This document shows, one piece after another, positions 29,041-44,200 of a DNA stretch of 64,000 nt; the first letter of the stretch is position 1, and every line of letters begins with the position of its first letter. The position numbers were made by a program, and so were the translations under genes. A model generated the notes under the pieces. That model was not told the origin of the DNA and ran no database searches. It worked only from the letters and a program-made list of their open reading frames with translations. The stretch comes from Octopus vulgaris (lineage: Eukaryota), in contig OX597819.1 in the NCBI GenBank assembly GCA_951406725.2, positions 8,990,001 to 9,054,000 on the forward strand, written 5' to 3'.

Positions 29041-29714
29041 TCTGTGAATGTATATTTAAGTGTGAATATATCTTCAAATATTGAGTAAACTTCATTCTAT
29101 TACACCGTGAAGCAAAGCTGAAGTTGCTATGTTTTTTGGGGGTTTTTTCTAAGTACTAAGAGTGACTGAGTGATGACGAGAAATTTCAGGCAAGTGAAAT
29201 AACTGCGTCTGTCATATAGTATGGCGTCTGTGTAATAACAGGAGATAAAATATCTCTATTCAACAAAGAACGGTGGCATAGAGGCATAAATGATATACTT
29301 GATGATGTACGACTAAATTGAAGCTTAATTCAGTGAAATAGAAACGACAAAGAAGCTTGTTTCATGTTCAGAGTAAGCATATTTTGGAATTCTCTTCGCA
29401 TCATTAAACTACTGGAGCTGGTCTTCGTTTCAAACGTATTTAATGGCCGTGCTAGTGTGAGAGCTAATCGATTTCTTCAAGGCATCATACTCCACCCAGG
29501 GATATATTCTAACATTTTATCAATGCTATTGAAATATTAGGGGTAAATTTATATCGGTTCGGCCGACAGATACCAGAGCAGACGCAAACACGCACATGCG
29601 CATGCATAGATACATGCATACATATACATTCATACATGTACATATACATACGCAGGTGTACACATCCATACACATACACACACACGCACACGCACACACA
29701 TATATATAAGTATA

Positions 29715-29921
29715 ACGGGAAGCTTTACGATAATAAACAAAAGACGAAGGCAGGTGGAGTACAAACAAACAATTGTATTAGTATGGCGCTCAGGAATATA
29801 AATAAAACAAGTCTTTTACGTTTCGAGCCAACGCTCTTCAGCAGAAAGATACACAGAAAAGAAACACGGAGAGAAACAAGGAGAGAAAAAAATGCGTGCA
29901 GGAGCTAACGAATCAACATGG
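29715..29921 (-). mobile_element. Short PLE-type insertion with hammerhead-like motif
   Basis: Absent from the paralogous site at ~27981. Minus strand 29849-29812: tcttt-ctgctga-a-gagc-gttg-gctc-gaaa-cg-ta-aaaga. Confidence 0.75.
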
Positions 29922-30582
29922 ATGTATGTATATATGTATGTATATATGTATATATATGCAGGGTATACACACACACGCACACATACACACACACACACAC
30001 ATGATATATGTGATTTATCGTCATTTAATGCGTTTGTGTACACTCGGACGTGGGAAGGCGTTCCTCTGCCGAAATATTTCCGGAAGAAAATTTCTCCTCA
30101 TAGACAACACGCATGTGAATATGTGTGAAAACACATCATTAGACTTTGAATAATGTGTTTTTATTAAAAAAAAAACGACCGTTCTTATACACATCTGATT
30201 AATTTGGTGTTCTTAGCTGATGAAGAAAGGTGTGCGTCCTACGGCTCAATAACGTTATTAATAGCCCACTGTTGTGATTTTACATAGTGTTTATGAGGAA
30301 AGACTTTTCCGGAGAGTTATTTCCGCAGTGAAAGTTCTTCCACGTCCGAGTATACATGAACATATTAAAAATGATTGTACACACTTATATTTCATCCAAC
30401 ACTGCTTTATACATCTCTGTTGTGTGGGGGGTGTTAGAAAGTTATCGTACAGGGAAGTTAGGGGTTAGGGTGCTAGCTGAATCGCAAGGTTGACATAAAT
30501 CAACGTTTAAAACTTCCCTCGAGAGTTTTCTATAAACAACCCTTTCTCTGCATACGTTCTATAAAAGAAAATTATATTTTAA

Positions 30583-30981
30583 CTAGCAGTATCGCCCGGC
30601 GTTGCTCGGGTTTGTAAGGGAAATAACTATATAAGCATTTTTAGAGATGTAAAGTATAATAGCCATCTCAATATGGCTAACCACGAAGGGAGGGAGGTGT
30701 TACTGTAGCTTTTTATGTTCTGAGATTTAATAATAAATTTTTAGAGAGTTACTTCCCTTATATATGCCAAAAATACATTATAAATGGGAAAAATTGATGG
30801 TAAATTATTTTTAAAATCGTAGTCTCATCGTAGACGCGCGCTAATACCCAGAAGGGCTTGATATGAATCACGACTATAAGATACCTGGTTTTGGTTAAAC
30901 TGCACCGCAAAATGTGGGAGTAGTTAGGAATCTAAATCGTAGGAGACAGACAGCACACAACCTCACTTTCATATATAAAGA
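30583..30981 (-). mobile_element. Non-autonomous Helitron (family A)
   Basis: Reverse complement of 20625-21002 with TC/CTAG termini and hairpin. Confidence 0.9.
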
Positions 30982-31398
30982 TTTCAAGAAACGTTCACGA
31001 TATCATTCTCAAAGCTGGTTGTCAATACGAAACAAAAAAAAAAACAAATACATATTCGTCTACAAAGATGAACTTCCAAGTCCTGCTGTGATTATATAAT
31101 CATTGATAATGCTTCAATAGTTTGTACAGAGTGAGCATAAAGTTATTGGATTACATACCTTACGAATACCCATATATAAATGTAACATTATCGCGCACCA
31201 TGGAATAGGATCGTGTCTCAAACTTTTATCAGTAATAGACATATTTATATTAACTTTTCCTTCCTTTCTTCTAGTGAGATGTTCGAAGCATTAATGAATG
31301 CCTCGATCAATAGATATCAGTTATTGATAGTTAATTATATCTAGATGCATTATAATGTATGTACATATATATATATATACACACAAACTCATATATAT

Positions 31399-31479
<81 letters not shown>

Positions 31480-31480
<1 letters not shown>

Positions 31481-31484
31481 TACA

Positions 31485-31515
<31 letters not shown>

Positions 31516-32484
31516 CATACATACATACATACAATCATACATACAATCATACAATCATACATACAATCATACATACATACATACATACATACATACATAC
31601 ATACATACATACATACATACATACATACATACATACATACATACATACATACATACAATCATACATACATACATACATACATACATACATACACACATAC
31701 ATACATACATACAATCATACATACATACATACAATCATACATACATACATACAATCATACATACAATCATACATACATACATACATACATACATACATAC
31801 ATACAATCATACATACATACATACATACATACAATCATACATACATACATACATACATACATACATACATACATACATACATACATACATACAATCATAC
31901 ATACATACATACATACATACATACATACATACATACATACATACATACAATCATACATACAATCATACATACATACATACATACATACATACATACATAC
32001 ATACATACATACATCACACATACATACATACATACATACATACATACATACAATCATACATACATACATACATACATACATACATACATACATACATACA
32101 ATCATACATACATACATACATACATACATACATACATACATACACATACATACATACATACATACATACATACATACATACATACATACAATCATACATA
32201 CAATCATACATACATACATACATACATACAATCATACATACATACATACATACATACAATCATACATACATACATTCATACATACATACATACATACATA
32301 CATACATACATACAATCATACATACAATCATACATACATACATACATACATACAATAATACATACATACATACACACATACACACATACATACATACAAT
32401 CACACATACATACATACATACATACATACATACATACATACATACATACATACATACATACATACATACATACATACATACATA
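31480..32484. repeat. ~1 kb (CATA)n microsatellite with recurrent caat interruptions
   Basis: Directly visible. Confidence 0.97.
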
Positions 32485-32870
32485 GGCGAAGGCATGGCTG
32501 CGTGCTAAGAAGTTTGCTTCCTTATCACAACCTTGGGCAAGTGTCTTCTACTATAGCCTCAAGCTGACGAAAGCCTTGTGAGTGGATTTGGTAGACGGAA
32601 ACTAAAAGAAACCTACCATATATACATATGTGTGTGTGTGTGTGCGTGCGTGCGTGTTTGTGTCTGTGCTTGTCTCCCATCACACTGCTTGACAGCCAAT
32701 GTAGGCTTGTTTGCGTCCCCGTAACTTAGCGATTCGGTGAAAGGGTCCGATAAAATAAGTACCATCTTTAGAAAACCTAATACTGGGATCGATTCATTCG
32801 ATTAAAAGTTCTCTAAGGCGGTGCTCCAGCATGTGCGTAGCCAAATGACTGAAACAAGTAAAAGACAAAA
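32485..32870 (+). mobile_element. CORE-type SINE, diverged
   Basis: Colinear with 24431-24843. Confidence 0.85.
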
Positions 32871-33269
32871 CATAAACATATATCTTTTGAAGAATGGAAT
32901 TAACCATGATATTCTATGGATTTGATGAGCGAGCCTTCTATAATTGTATCATCTTGTAGAATGTACAGTAGTACTATTAAAAGTATTACATATATATACG
33001 TGCAAACACTTAAAATGGTTTATTACACACTAAAATAAATTATCTTTTCATGATGTTAGCTGCGAAACGATCGTAACCTTATGGATATCAACTGGTGAAA
33101 TAAATATATTCATCTCATACCTCCTGACTTTCTTCGTATCAACGTGGTTTATAGCCTTGTCCACTAAAGCAGCATTTTTGTGAATATCACCAGATTAGAT
33201 AGATCCATATATTGTGAATTAAATATATGTGCGTGTGTATGCGCGTACATCTCTTCTATTTTTGATTAT

Positions 33270-34280
33270 TAGAAATCTTCCTTTGAGAAGAGAGCCGGTT
33301 TCCAACAAAGATACAAGGTTCCATTTTTGGTATGTAGTTAACACAGACAAATTTACATTTGGAACTTGAGAAAAGTCTTGCATATTTTTACTGTTCCACT
33401 CACAGATTGCGCTTGTAATGTACGAATTAGCAGGTCGATTTCTCTTTCTGAAAATCCCAGTTTATCCAGATTCTCCTTTAAGCATTTACTAACATAACTT
33501 AGTGCTCCAATTATTATTAGTATGAATATGAATTCATAGTCTGGATATAGAAGCTGGAGGTTTCGAAGCAGTTTCCATAGATATCCTCTATTTTCAAAGT
33601 ATTATTTTTATCTGCAGGGCAACTGACCTCTATTACCCCTCTGTCCCAAACAATAATATCCGGCCTGTTATGTTTACATTTGATAGAAGTTTTGATGAGA
33701 ATATTCCACCGGTATTCTATGAGTTGGTGTTTATGAATGTATTCCATAACAGGAATTTTCTAAGTTTATTTCAGGACAGTCCATTTGGAGGTTGGTATTG
33801 TAAATTACTTTAGCAACAACATCGTATCGCATAGGGAGGTAACTGCTAATCACATGCATGATGTTTTCCTCAGAAACATGGCATAGCCCACACATGCGGT
33901 TGCACCTTGGGATTACGAGAGCGTCACTGTCTCTCCTGTTCACCAGGTACTTTGTGGCAATCTCCTGTTCCTGGATTGCAAACGCATAGCCTTCAAAGTA
34001 TAATGTGATGTATTAGTATTCTGTCCAAGAGAGGCTGCGCTTCGTGTCAATTCTCCTGTCTTCCTCAAACTTCCGGACAACATAACTAAGCATAGTCTTT
34101 TTTGCTGAGTGCTTTGCATATGTACGTATGTATGTATGTATGTATGTATGTACGTACGTATGTATGTATGTATGTATGTATGTATGTATGTATGTATGTA
34201 TGTATGTATGTATGTATGTATAGGAGTTTTGTGAGTTGTACATTGTTCTAACTTTCGTTCTGAAAAATGTTTTGATGAAT
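33270..34280 (-). pseudogene. R4/Dong-like non-LTR retrotransposon 3' region (zinc knuckle plus RLE endonuclease), decayed
   Basis: EGYAFAIQEQEIATKY, CGLCHVSEENIMHVISS (CCHC knuckle remnant), KHNRPDIIVWDR..IEVSCPAD, IIIGAL, GTVKICKTFLKF; interrupted by (TATG)n. Confidence 0.85.
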
Positions 34281-34516
34281 TCAAAACAAGTGAGCCGAAA
34301 CCAATGTATGACTGGTATTTATTTTATCGATCCTGTTGGATCTATTATAGTCTTTGAAACAGTGGTATTTAATTCTAAACTGTTTATGGGTTGTACTTAT
34401 AATCAATTATTTCAAATTATTTTCTCAAGATTACCTCGTGTCTTCCCTGAAGCATGAACATCACAACATCACAATACATACGTCTCCTAATGATATATTT
34501 CTAATGATATATTTCA

Positions 34517-34910
34517 AGGCGGCGAGCTGGCAGAACCGTTAGCACGTCGGGCGAAATGCGTAGATGTATTTCGTCTGCCGTTGCGTTCTGAGTTCAAATT
34601 CCGCCGAGGTCGACTTTGCCTTTCATCCTTTCGGGGTCGATAAATTAAGTACCATTTACGCACTGGGGTCGATATAATCGACTTAATCCGTTTGTCTGTC
34701 CTTGTTTGTCTTCTCTGTTTAGCCCCTTGTGTGTAGTAAAGAAATAGGTATTTCGTCTGCCGCTACGTTATGAGTTCAAATTTTGCCGATGTCGACTTTG
34801 CCTTTCATCCTTTCGGGGTCGATAAATTAAGTACCATTTACGCACTGGGGTCGTTTGTCTGTCCTTGTTTCTCCCCCTCTATATTTAGCCCCTTGTGGGT
34901 AATAAAGAAA
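34517..34910 (+). mobile_element. Nin/Deu-type SINE followed by a tandem partial copy
   Basis: Full copy ~34517-34746, then the body repeats from gtatttcgtctgccg at ~34749-34910. Confidence 0.88.
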
Positions 34911-35159
34911 CAGATCTATTTCTAAGATCATGTACCCTTCTATGGGTTAATCAATATTTGACTGTATTTTCTTGGGTTGGTGTAATATGTCCAGTTCATT
35001 ATCTCCCTTGTGAATCTTGTTTCCGACAACCATCTACGACGGTGATGATGAAGAGGAGTCTGAGAAGATGAGGCAAAGGCACAGTGCCGATGAGAGGGAT
35101 TATGGTTATGGCAGAGACATTCCTAAAAATGTAAGGGTGGGCAGCGTTGGAGATTATGA

Positions 35160-35742
35160 CTCTTGGTGGTAACGACGAGAATGATGGGGCCGAAGAAGAT
35201 TGTGATGATGGGGATCATGATAATCACGACGATGACGATGACGACGGCGACGACAATGACTACGACGACGAGGAGGAGGTGTAGGTCGAGAAGGAGGAGG
35301 ATGGGGAGAAGGAGGATGGTCGTTGTGGTTGCGGTGGTGGTGGTGGTGGTGGTGGTGGTGGTGGTAGTTATGGTTGCGGTGGTGGTGGTGGTTGTGGTGG
35401 TAGTGGTGGTGGTGGTGGTGGTTGTGGTGGCGTTGGTGGTGGTGGTGGTTGCGGTGGTGGTGGTGGTGGTGGTGGCGGTGGTGGTGGTGGTGGCGGTGGT
35501 GGTGGTGGTGGTGGTGGTGGTGACGATGATGACAATAGAGATGGCTGATGTGGGGGGGGTGATGTAGAAGATAATCATTACGATAGCAGCGGTTATAGTA
35601 ATGATGGTGATGACGATAAATTTGATGATGATCATGATGATGGCGATGGTTATTGTTCGATGAGAAAACACTAATAAAAATGCTCTGATGAACACAGCGG
35701 TTGATTAATTGCTAACAGACACCTGCTGTTCAATGTGGGGAC

Positions 35743-35824
<82 letters not shown>

Positions 35825-35848
35825 ACAACAGCAGCAGCAGTAGTGGTG

Positions 35849-35891
<43 letters not shown>

Positions 35892-35908
35892 CAGCAGCAG
35901 TAGTAGTG

Positions 35909-35948
<40 letters not shown>

Positions 35949-35950
35949 GT
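35160..35950. repeat. Compound trinucleotide repeats (GGT/GAT/GAC, then AGT)
   Basis: Directly visible. Confidence 0.9.
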
Positions 35951-35970
35951 GTTGTTAATATTGTTGTTTA

Positions 35971-36016
35971 TTTCCGGTAAAGAAATGGCGTTGATACTAA
36001 CCGGAAGCGGAAGTGA
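35971..36016. promoter_or_regulatory. Possible promoter-like motif cluster (ETS sites plus YY1-like)
   Basis: ttccggt, gaaatggcg and accggaagcggaagtg within 45 bp; motif match only. Confidence 0.25.
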
Positions 36017-36196
36017 GGAATGAATCAGTAAATGAACATAACGACGCAACGTACAATGTATGTCAGATTGAGTAAATGAAAAGAAGACGGTATGTATATA
36101 TTGTGTGTGTGTGTATGTGTGCGCGTGCGCATGTGCTTGCGCTTATGTATACATATATATATATATCAATATGTATACACACACACATATATATAC

Positions 36197-36264
<68 letters not shown>

Positions 36265-36459
36265 GTGTGTATATATTTGTATATAAGTAGATACATTACA
36301 TATTTAAAAGGAAAAAGCAAAACAAAAACAATAAACAGGTTTATCGACATATACTACCTGTATAATATGAGGTAAAAGTATTGATTGTTTGATACGGTTG
36401 AATTATTCCTTTGGTGGAATAAGTAATTCTGCCAAATTACCGACAATATACTGGGAAAT

Positions 36460-36502
<43 letters not shown>

Positions 36503-36705
36503 TAAGTATGCAAGTGTGTGTGTAGTAACTGGACTCAGATGTAACGTCGGTTACCTTCACAGATTTCACAGATTTTAAAATTAATTAGAGAAGTGTATGG
36601 TATAGAAATCGTTAATGGATAAATTTGCTTTTAATAAATATCTTTTTTTTTCTCACTTCTTCTGAAAATAACTGTAGAAATATTGTACATTTGAGTGCAT
36701 ACATT

Positions 36706-36744
<39 letters not shown>

Positions 36745-37073
36745 TAAATCCAAAAATGGACGTCTTCGTACTACACATATTCTTCATTACGATCGTTTCA
36801 ACAAAGGTCATTTTGACCTGTCTCTGATGAATGAGCCTGGATCGCATGTAGCATTATATTACGTAATCATTATGTAAATTCAGAACTTATCTGCGCCGTG
36901 TAATGTTGAAATGATGGTAAAGATCGAGTTCGATAAAAGAAGTGCCAATTGAGCTCTGGGGTCGATATAGTAGACTTAACACCCTTCCCCTCGATATTGT
37001 TGGTAATGTGCCATGTGGTTCCAGTTAGTGGTGTATAATCTCTCATTAAGCTTGTGTACTATATATACCACAT

Positions 37074-37330
37074 CTGAGACCCCCTTCGGTCACGACACAG
37101 ACCATCGGATCGCACCTAGAAAGTTACCCTCCCAGGCACAAGTCCGGGAAAGGTTGTTTATGGAAGACCAGCAGTCGCCCATGCATACCGGCTTCCCCTC
37201 TCCGCGCCACCAGTGTTATCCAAAGGAAAGGCAACGGCCGATACAGCTTGGCACCTGTGATGTCGCAACTCATTTCTACAGCTGAGTGGACTGGAGGAAC
37301 GTGAAATAGAGTGTCTTGCTCAAGAACACA
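37074..37330 (-). mobile_element. SINE sharing the body of 19711-20015 but with a different 3' tail, head missing
   Basis: Minus strand tgtgttcttgagcaagacact..ttcacgtt.ctccagtccactcagctg..aaatgagt, then an unrelated tail. Confidence 0.75.
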
Positions 37331-37356
37331 TATATACCACAACAATAAAGACTATT

Positions 37357-37395
<39 letters not shown>

Positions 37396-37960
37396 TCTTT
37401 TTTTATAAAGGGTTGATATGTGTCACAATAGTATCCAATCGCCTGCAGGCAGCTCTGGTCTGCGAATACCAACTTTTCTCCAAAGATTTCCTGATGAAGG
37501 GCTCCTAGTCGTGAAATATTAAAATACCAGGTAAAACTATCAACCTGAAGTATTACAATAACTTGCATTGTTTTGGCTTTAAACACACACACACACATGT
37601 ACGTGTTTGCTCCCCCAACCCCTCTTGATGACTGGTGTTAGTTTGCTTACATCCTCGTAACTTAGCGTTTCGGTAAAAGAAGCTGGTAAAATAAGGACTA
37701 GGCTTTAAAAGTAATAAGTACTGATGTCGATTTGTTTCACCGACCCTTTTGAAGGCGGTGACCCAGGATGGCCACAGTCCAATAACTGAAACAAATATCA
37801 GATAAAAGATGAAACAGTTTGTTAACCCCGGGGTATATAGTCTGTTTCGATTTCGCTTAGAAAGTTGTTTTTATTTACTTATGAAACGTTTGATCGGTTA
37901 CAATTTTCTATACTCATTATTTAAGAAATCTGAGGTAGAACAGTTACCCCGCCGGACTTC

Positions 37961-38061
37961 AGGATTTTCATTCGCATGCACAGCAACACCGGCTAGCCGT
38001 AAACTATAGAATAACTTTTTTCAGCTTATCGAACTCCTATATGGGAAAAACTTGCAACAAC
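37961..38061 (+). repeat. ~100 bp interspersed repeat, also at 44100-44200
   Basis: attcgcatgcacagcaacaccggctagccgtaaactata...aaaaacttgcaacaac in both places. Confidence 0.85.
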
Positions 38062-38551
38062 ATGCGCCAATGAACCACTATTGTTCCTGAAAGTTGGCTT
38101 TTATACCTTCTACAGACTGCTTGAGACTTACTAACTTCCTACGCCTTGATCCTTCGCTCTTGCCTTTACACACATACATACATACATACATACATACATA
38201 CATACACATACATACATACATACATACATACATGCATACATACATACATACATACATGCATGCATGCATGCATACATACATACATACATACATACATACA
38301 TACATACATACATACATACATACATACATGCATGCATGCATGCATACATACATACATACATACATACATACATACATACATACATACATACATACATACA
38401 TACATACATGCATACATACATACTTTGTGACATTTCTGCTTCAAATAGTCGAGTTCAACTTCACCTTCAATCTTTTCAGCATCGATACAATAAACTCCAG
38501 TTGAGCCCTGCTGTCGATAAAATCGACCACCACACACATACTTATGCACTA

Positions 38552-38746
38552 TGATATAATGTTGTATTCAGTAGGAAAACAGATGCTAACAATCCTACAA
38601 AATTTTCCGCCGCTGTAGGCAACCATTTTCCTAAATCCAATAAATACAATATAAACCTTGTCCGGCACACGGTCAGATTAGCATTCTCTACTAGCAAAAA
38701 TTTAACCCAAAATATTGCAGCGCATAAACATTCGGAAAACATCTGA
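38552..38746 (+). pseudogene. Penelope-like RT-to-GIY-YIG linker remnant (possibly Naiad-type)
   Basis: YNVVFSRKTDANNPTKFSAAVGNHFPKSNKYNINLVRHTVRLAFSTSKNLTQNIAAH resembles the W.NPP.S...HFP....N..TVK.SYS...N...I..HN motif. Confidence 0.55.
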
Positions 38747-38769
38747 ATTCCATAACAAAAAAAGACCGC

Positions 38770-38834
<65 letters not shown>

Positions 38835-38854
38835 TGATGATGATGATGATGAGG

Positions 38855-38911
<57 letters not shown>

Positions 38912-38932
38912 TTAATAATAATAATAATAATG

Positions 38933-39747
<815 letters not shown>

Positions 39748-39764
39748 TGATGATGATGATGATG

Positions 39765-39832
<68 letters not shown>

Positions 39833-39833
<1 letters not shown>

Positions 39834-40387
39834 CCCTGATGCAGTACCAGGCAGTGGCTCTCATGGCTTCTGATCTTAACTGATTGAAAGTGTTATCATG
39901 TACAGTGTTTTGTCTTGGTATAAAAGATGGGCTACAGCAAATATTCTGCTCAATACCACAGATTTGCTTGTCAGTTGTTTGACCTTAACCAGTTGAGCAT
40001 GTCCCTTAGTCTCTGACGATATGTGCATCTCTGATCACGAGCAGAAGTAGTGGGGGAGCATCATAGCCATGTGTTGAGAGGGATTCTTTGGGGTTTGAAT
40101 AGTTCACCTCTGGAAACATGGGTGGTTCTTTTGAACATCCTTAAACAACCCTTATTCAGGGACCGTTTGAGCGGGATGGGCTACTCGACCTGAAGAAAAT
40201 TCTAACTGGGCCCCACCTGCAAGGTCATGCGCTGTTTATCTTGATATGAGATCACCATGTCGCGCACATATGGTTGTGATGCATGTGCCTGGTGTACCTT
40301 TATCAGACGGGTAGTCATGATGGGTATGTTGGGCTTCGTATATTTTACCCCAGTGTCACTTTGATGGCATGAACTGCTCTCTCACTC
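39833..40387. mobile_element. Unclassified ~550 bp (TAA)n-embedded repeat
   Basis: Reverse complement of 12548-13094; (TAA)n on both flanks. Confidence 0.85.
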
Positions 40388-40437
<50 letters not shown>

Positions 40438-40821
40438 TGATGATGATAATAATGATGATGATGATGATGATAATAATAATAACAACAACAACAACAACAA
40501 CAAAAACAACAATGACAATAACAACAATAATGATAGCAATAACAATAATAACTCGTGTCACACGTATTGAGAAGAGCATTGCCGCTGTGAATATCCTTTC
40601 CTTTTCCTCTTTATTTTCTTTACTTTCTTTTTTAATTTTTCCTATTTTCTTATTTTTTGCTCTTTTCATTTTCTTTCGTTCTTTCCCCTTTTTTTTATCA
40701 CATGACTTTGTAAAAGAACAATCTGGTGTGTTTATTCTAATAGTCTTCCAATGTATACCGTGAGTTTCTTTGAGCACTCGGCAAGAAATGGAAAAAAAAT
40801 TGAAAGAAGATAATAATATTT

Positions 40822-41180
40822 AGTTCAGTCCCACTGCGTGGCATCTTGGGCAAGTGTCTTCTGCTATAGCCCCGGGCCGACCAATGCCTTGTGAGTGGAT
40901 TTGGTAGACGGAAACTGAAAGAAGCCCGTCGTATATATGTATATATATATGTGTGTGTGTGTATGTTTGTGTGTCTGTGTTTGTCCCCCTACCATTGCTT
41001 GACAACCAATGCTGGTGTGTTTACGTCCCCGTCACTTAGCGGTTCGGCAAAAGAGACCGATAGGATAAGTACTGGGCTTACAAAGAATAAGTCCCGGGTC
41101 GATTTGCTCGACTAAAGGCGGTGCTCCAGCATGGCCGCAGTCAAATGACTGAAACAAGTAAAAGAGTAAAAGAGTAAAGA
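40822..41180 (+). mobile_element. CORE-type SINE, 5'-truncated
   Basis: Near-identical to ~24483-24843. Confidence 0.9.
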
Positions 41181-41183
41181 GAG

Positions 41184-42245
41184 ATAAAAAGATGGGCTAC
41201 AGCAAATATTCTGCTCAATACCACAGATTTGCTTGTCAGTTGTTTGACCTTAACCAGTTGAGCATGTCCCTTTGTGGCGGACGATATGCGCATCTCTAAT
41301 CACGAGCAGAAGTAGTGGGGGAGCATCATAGCAATGTGTTGAGATGAATTCTTTGGAGTTTGAATAATTCACCTTTGGAAACATGGCTGTTTCGTTCAAC
41401 ATCCTTAAACAACCCTTATTCAGGGACCATTTAAACAGGATGGACTATTCGACCAGAAGAAAATCTGACTGGGCCCCACCTGCAAGATCATGCGTTGTTT
41501 ATCTTGATATGAGATCACCATGTAGTGCACATATGGCTGTGATGCATGTGCCTGGTATACCCTTATCAGACGAGTAGTCATGATGGGTATACTGAGCTTC
41601 GTATATTTTACATTAGTGCCACTTTGATGGCATGCACTGTTCTCTCACTCAACAATAATAATATAAATAATAACAACAACAACAATAATAATAGATGCTC
41701 TGGTCAATACGAGACACTAGCTCTCATGGCTTCTGATCTTAACTGTTTGGAAGTATTATCATATACATGTTTTGTCTTGGTATAAAAGGTGGGCTACAGC
41801 AAATTTTCAACTCAATACCACAGATTTGCTTGTCAGTTGTTTGGCCTTAACCAGTTGAGCATATCCCTTGGTGGTTGGCAGTATGTGCATCTCTGGTCAC
41901 AAGCAGAAGTAGTGGGGAGCATCGTAGCCATGCGTTGATAGGAATTCTTTTGGGATTTGAATCATTCATCTCTGGAAATATGAGCATTCCGTTCAACATC
42001 CTTGAACAACCCTTATTCGAGGACCTTTTGAGTGGGATGGGCTACTCGACCAGAAGAAAATTCTAACTGGGCCCTACCGGCAAGGTCATGCGCTGTATAT
42101 CATGATATAAGATCACCATGTCGCGCACATATGGTTGTGATGCATGTGCTTGGAGTACCCTTATGAGATAGGTAGTCATGATAGGTATATTGGGCTTCGT
42201 ATATTTGTTCCCCAGTGACACTTTGATGTCACTGCTCTTTCACTC
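41184..42245. mobile_element. Tandem pair of the ~550 bp (TAA)n-embedded repeat
   Basis: 41184-41650 (truncated at the SINE junction) and ~41695-42245, separated by a (TAA/CAA) spacer. Confidence 0.85.
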
Positions 42246-42527
42246 AATAATAATAATAACGATGATGATGATAATAATAACAACCGTGTGCATTGTGCTG
42301 AAAAGATAAATAGTGAATTTGAGTGGGGTTTGAACACAGCACTTTCAGACAATGATTAGAAAACGTAGGTCATAATGGAGGCGATCAGTGGAAGGGAAGC
42401 AACCGATACAATACCTAATTAAGCTGAACCAGAAATAATAAACGGGAGAAAGAATAACACGAAAACTTGAGAGTGTAGTCGAAATGTAAACAATCGGAGA
42501 TTTGTGGATAGAGAAATAGAAGAGATA

Positions 42528-42824
42528 TCTTTATATATAAAAGTAAGGTTGTGTGTCTGTCTCCTACGATTTAGATTCCTAAATACTCCCACATTTTGCG
42601 GTGCAGTTTAACCAAAACCGGGTATCTTATAGTCGTGATTCATATCGAGCCCTTCTGGGTATTAGCGCGCGTCTATGATGAGTCTACGATTAAAAAAAAA
42701 TTTACCATCATATTTTTCCCATTTTTAATGCATTTTTTTGCTATTATATAAGGGAAGTGACTCTCTAAAATGCTTATATAGTTATTTCCCTTCAAACCCG
42801 AGCAACGCTGGGTGATACTGCTAG
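42528..42824 (+). mobile_element. Non-autonomous Helitron (family A)
   Basis: A|TC...aacccgagcaacgctgggtgatactgCTAG|T. Confidence 0.9.
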
Positions 42825-43310
42825 TACTTTATAAACCAATATAACGCTAGCTAAACCAATATACCAATCTGCTTCAAACTACGACAGGGGCTAAACTTTG
42901 GATAAAGCTGCATAAAGTCTTGACCAGATGAATGAAAATGGGTACAAATACAGTTGCAAGATGTCTATGCAGCAGAAACGTACGTCAGGCAAATCAAATA
43001 TGCTGCAAAACTGTGCAGAAGTATTATCCTCCGTATTTATTGTAAGTACTTTATACATACGTATGTATGTGTCTCTCTCACTCTCTCTTTCTCTCTTTCC
43101 GTATATCTGTGTGTGAGTGTGTGTGTGTGTGTGTGTGTGTAACTGTCGAACGATGAAAATGAGTGCTCAACATGGCATTGGTGGATATAATTTCTTTATT
43201 TGTTAATTAAGGCTACCATTGGTTTCATGTAAGAAAAGTAGGAAAATATCCTGGTGTTTGAACACTTTTTCAGCCGATCACTTGGAAAAAGGTGTTCACC
43301 TCCATTTTCT

Positions 43311-43388
<78 letters not shown>

Positions 43389-43403
43389 TATATATAATAT
43401 ATA

Positions 43404-43540
43404 CAGTAATCCCTCGACTATCGAGAGCGTTACGTTCCAAAACTTCACACAGAAATAATTAAAATCTGAAAGAATATAAATACCTATCGGCCGCAGAAAT
43501 CCACGATATACTGAGAAGGTCGCGATATAAATTTACATAT
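43404..43540 (+). mobile_element. Possible Tigger/pogo-like transposon end
   Basis: TA|cagtaatccctcgactatcg...ttacgttccaa resembles Tigger-type TIRs; no partner TIR seen. Confidence 0.45.
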
Positions 43541-43636
43541 ATTAGCCAGAAAAGGCAAGCACATTGACAGGAAACAATTGATAATGGAAAATTAGGGAAA
43601 ACATAAGTGTGAATTATTTTAATTTTCCCCTACGTA

Positions 43637-43960
43637 TCATCATCATCATTGTTCGACCGAGGTCGAGATAATGGAATTTACCATGCTACGCCAGACTTCA
43701 CGGTCCATCATGGCATTACGGAGGTCCTGTTGCTGGATGCATGTATCCCTGGAGATTACATCAGGGTAGGAGAGTGTGCGCCCTCTGGTATTGCGAGTAG
43801 ATGGCTTCCAGAGGAGAAGAGTAGAAATTACCTCTTTTTCAGCTCTACAACACTGTCCAGCAAACTGGATTTCATATATCATAACTAGACACTCAACAAA
43901 GTACAGTTGTAGAATGACCAATTTATTGGAGGCTGGCTGGATAATGATAATGTACATGGA
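43637..43960 (-). mobile_element. RTE-type LINE 3' end
   Basis: QFAGQCCRAEKEVISTLLLWKP..RGRTLSYPDVISRD..LRNAMMDREVWRSMV, stop, then a (TGA)n tail. Confidence 0.8.
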
Positions 43961-44200
43961 GCTCTAGTTCATACAGCTGTAATCGTATACCTAACTGTGC
44001 AAACAATATATAAACACATACATACATACATGTACTTCTGGGGTTCTGCTGGCTATGAAACATTTGTAGCTTGGATTTATCTACTCCATTCCCTAATTTA
44101 GGATTTTTATTCGCATGCACAGCAACACCGGCTAGCCGTAAACTATAAAATAACTTTTTTCATCTTATCGAACTCCGATATGGAAAAAACTTGCAACAAC

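Noticed and set aside
33040-33085. gaaacgatcgta palindromic hammerhead-like half (similar at ~36787 minus, ~50605 and ~45085-45120 minus)
   Set aside because: Upstream core or stems are too degraded to call; probably decayed PLE tails.
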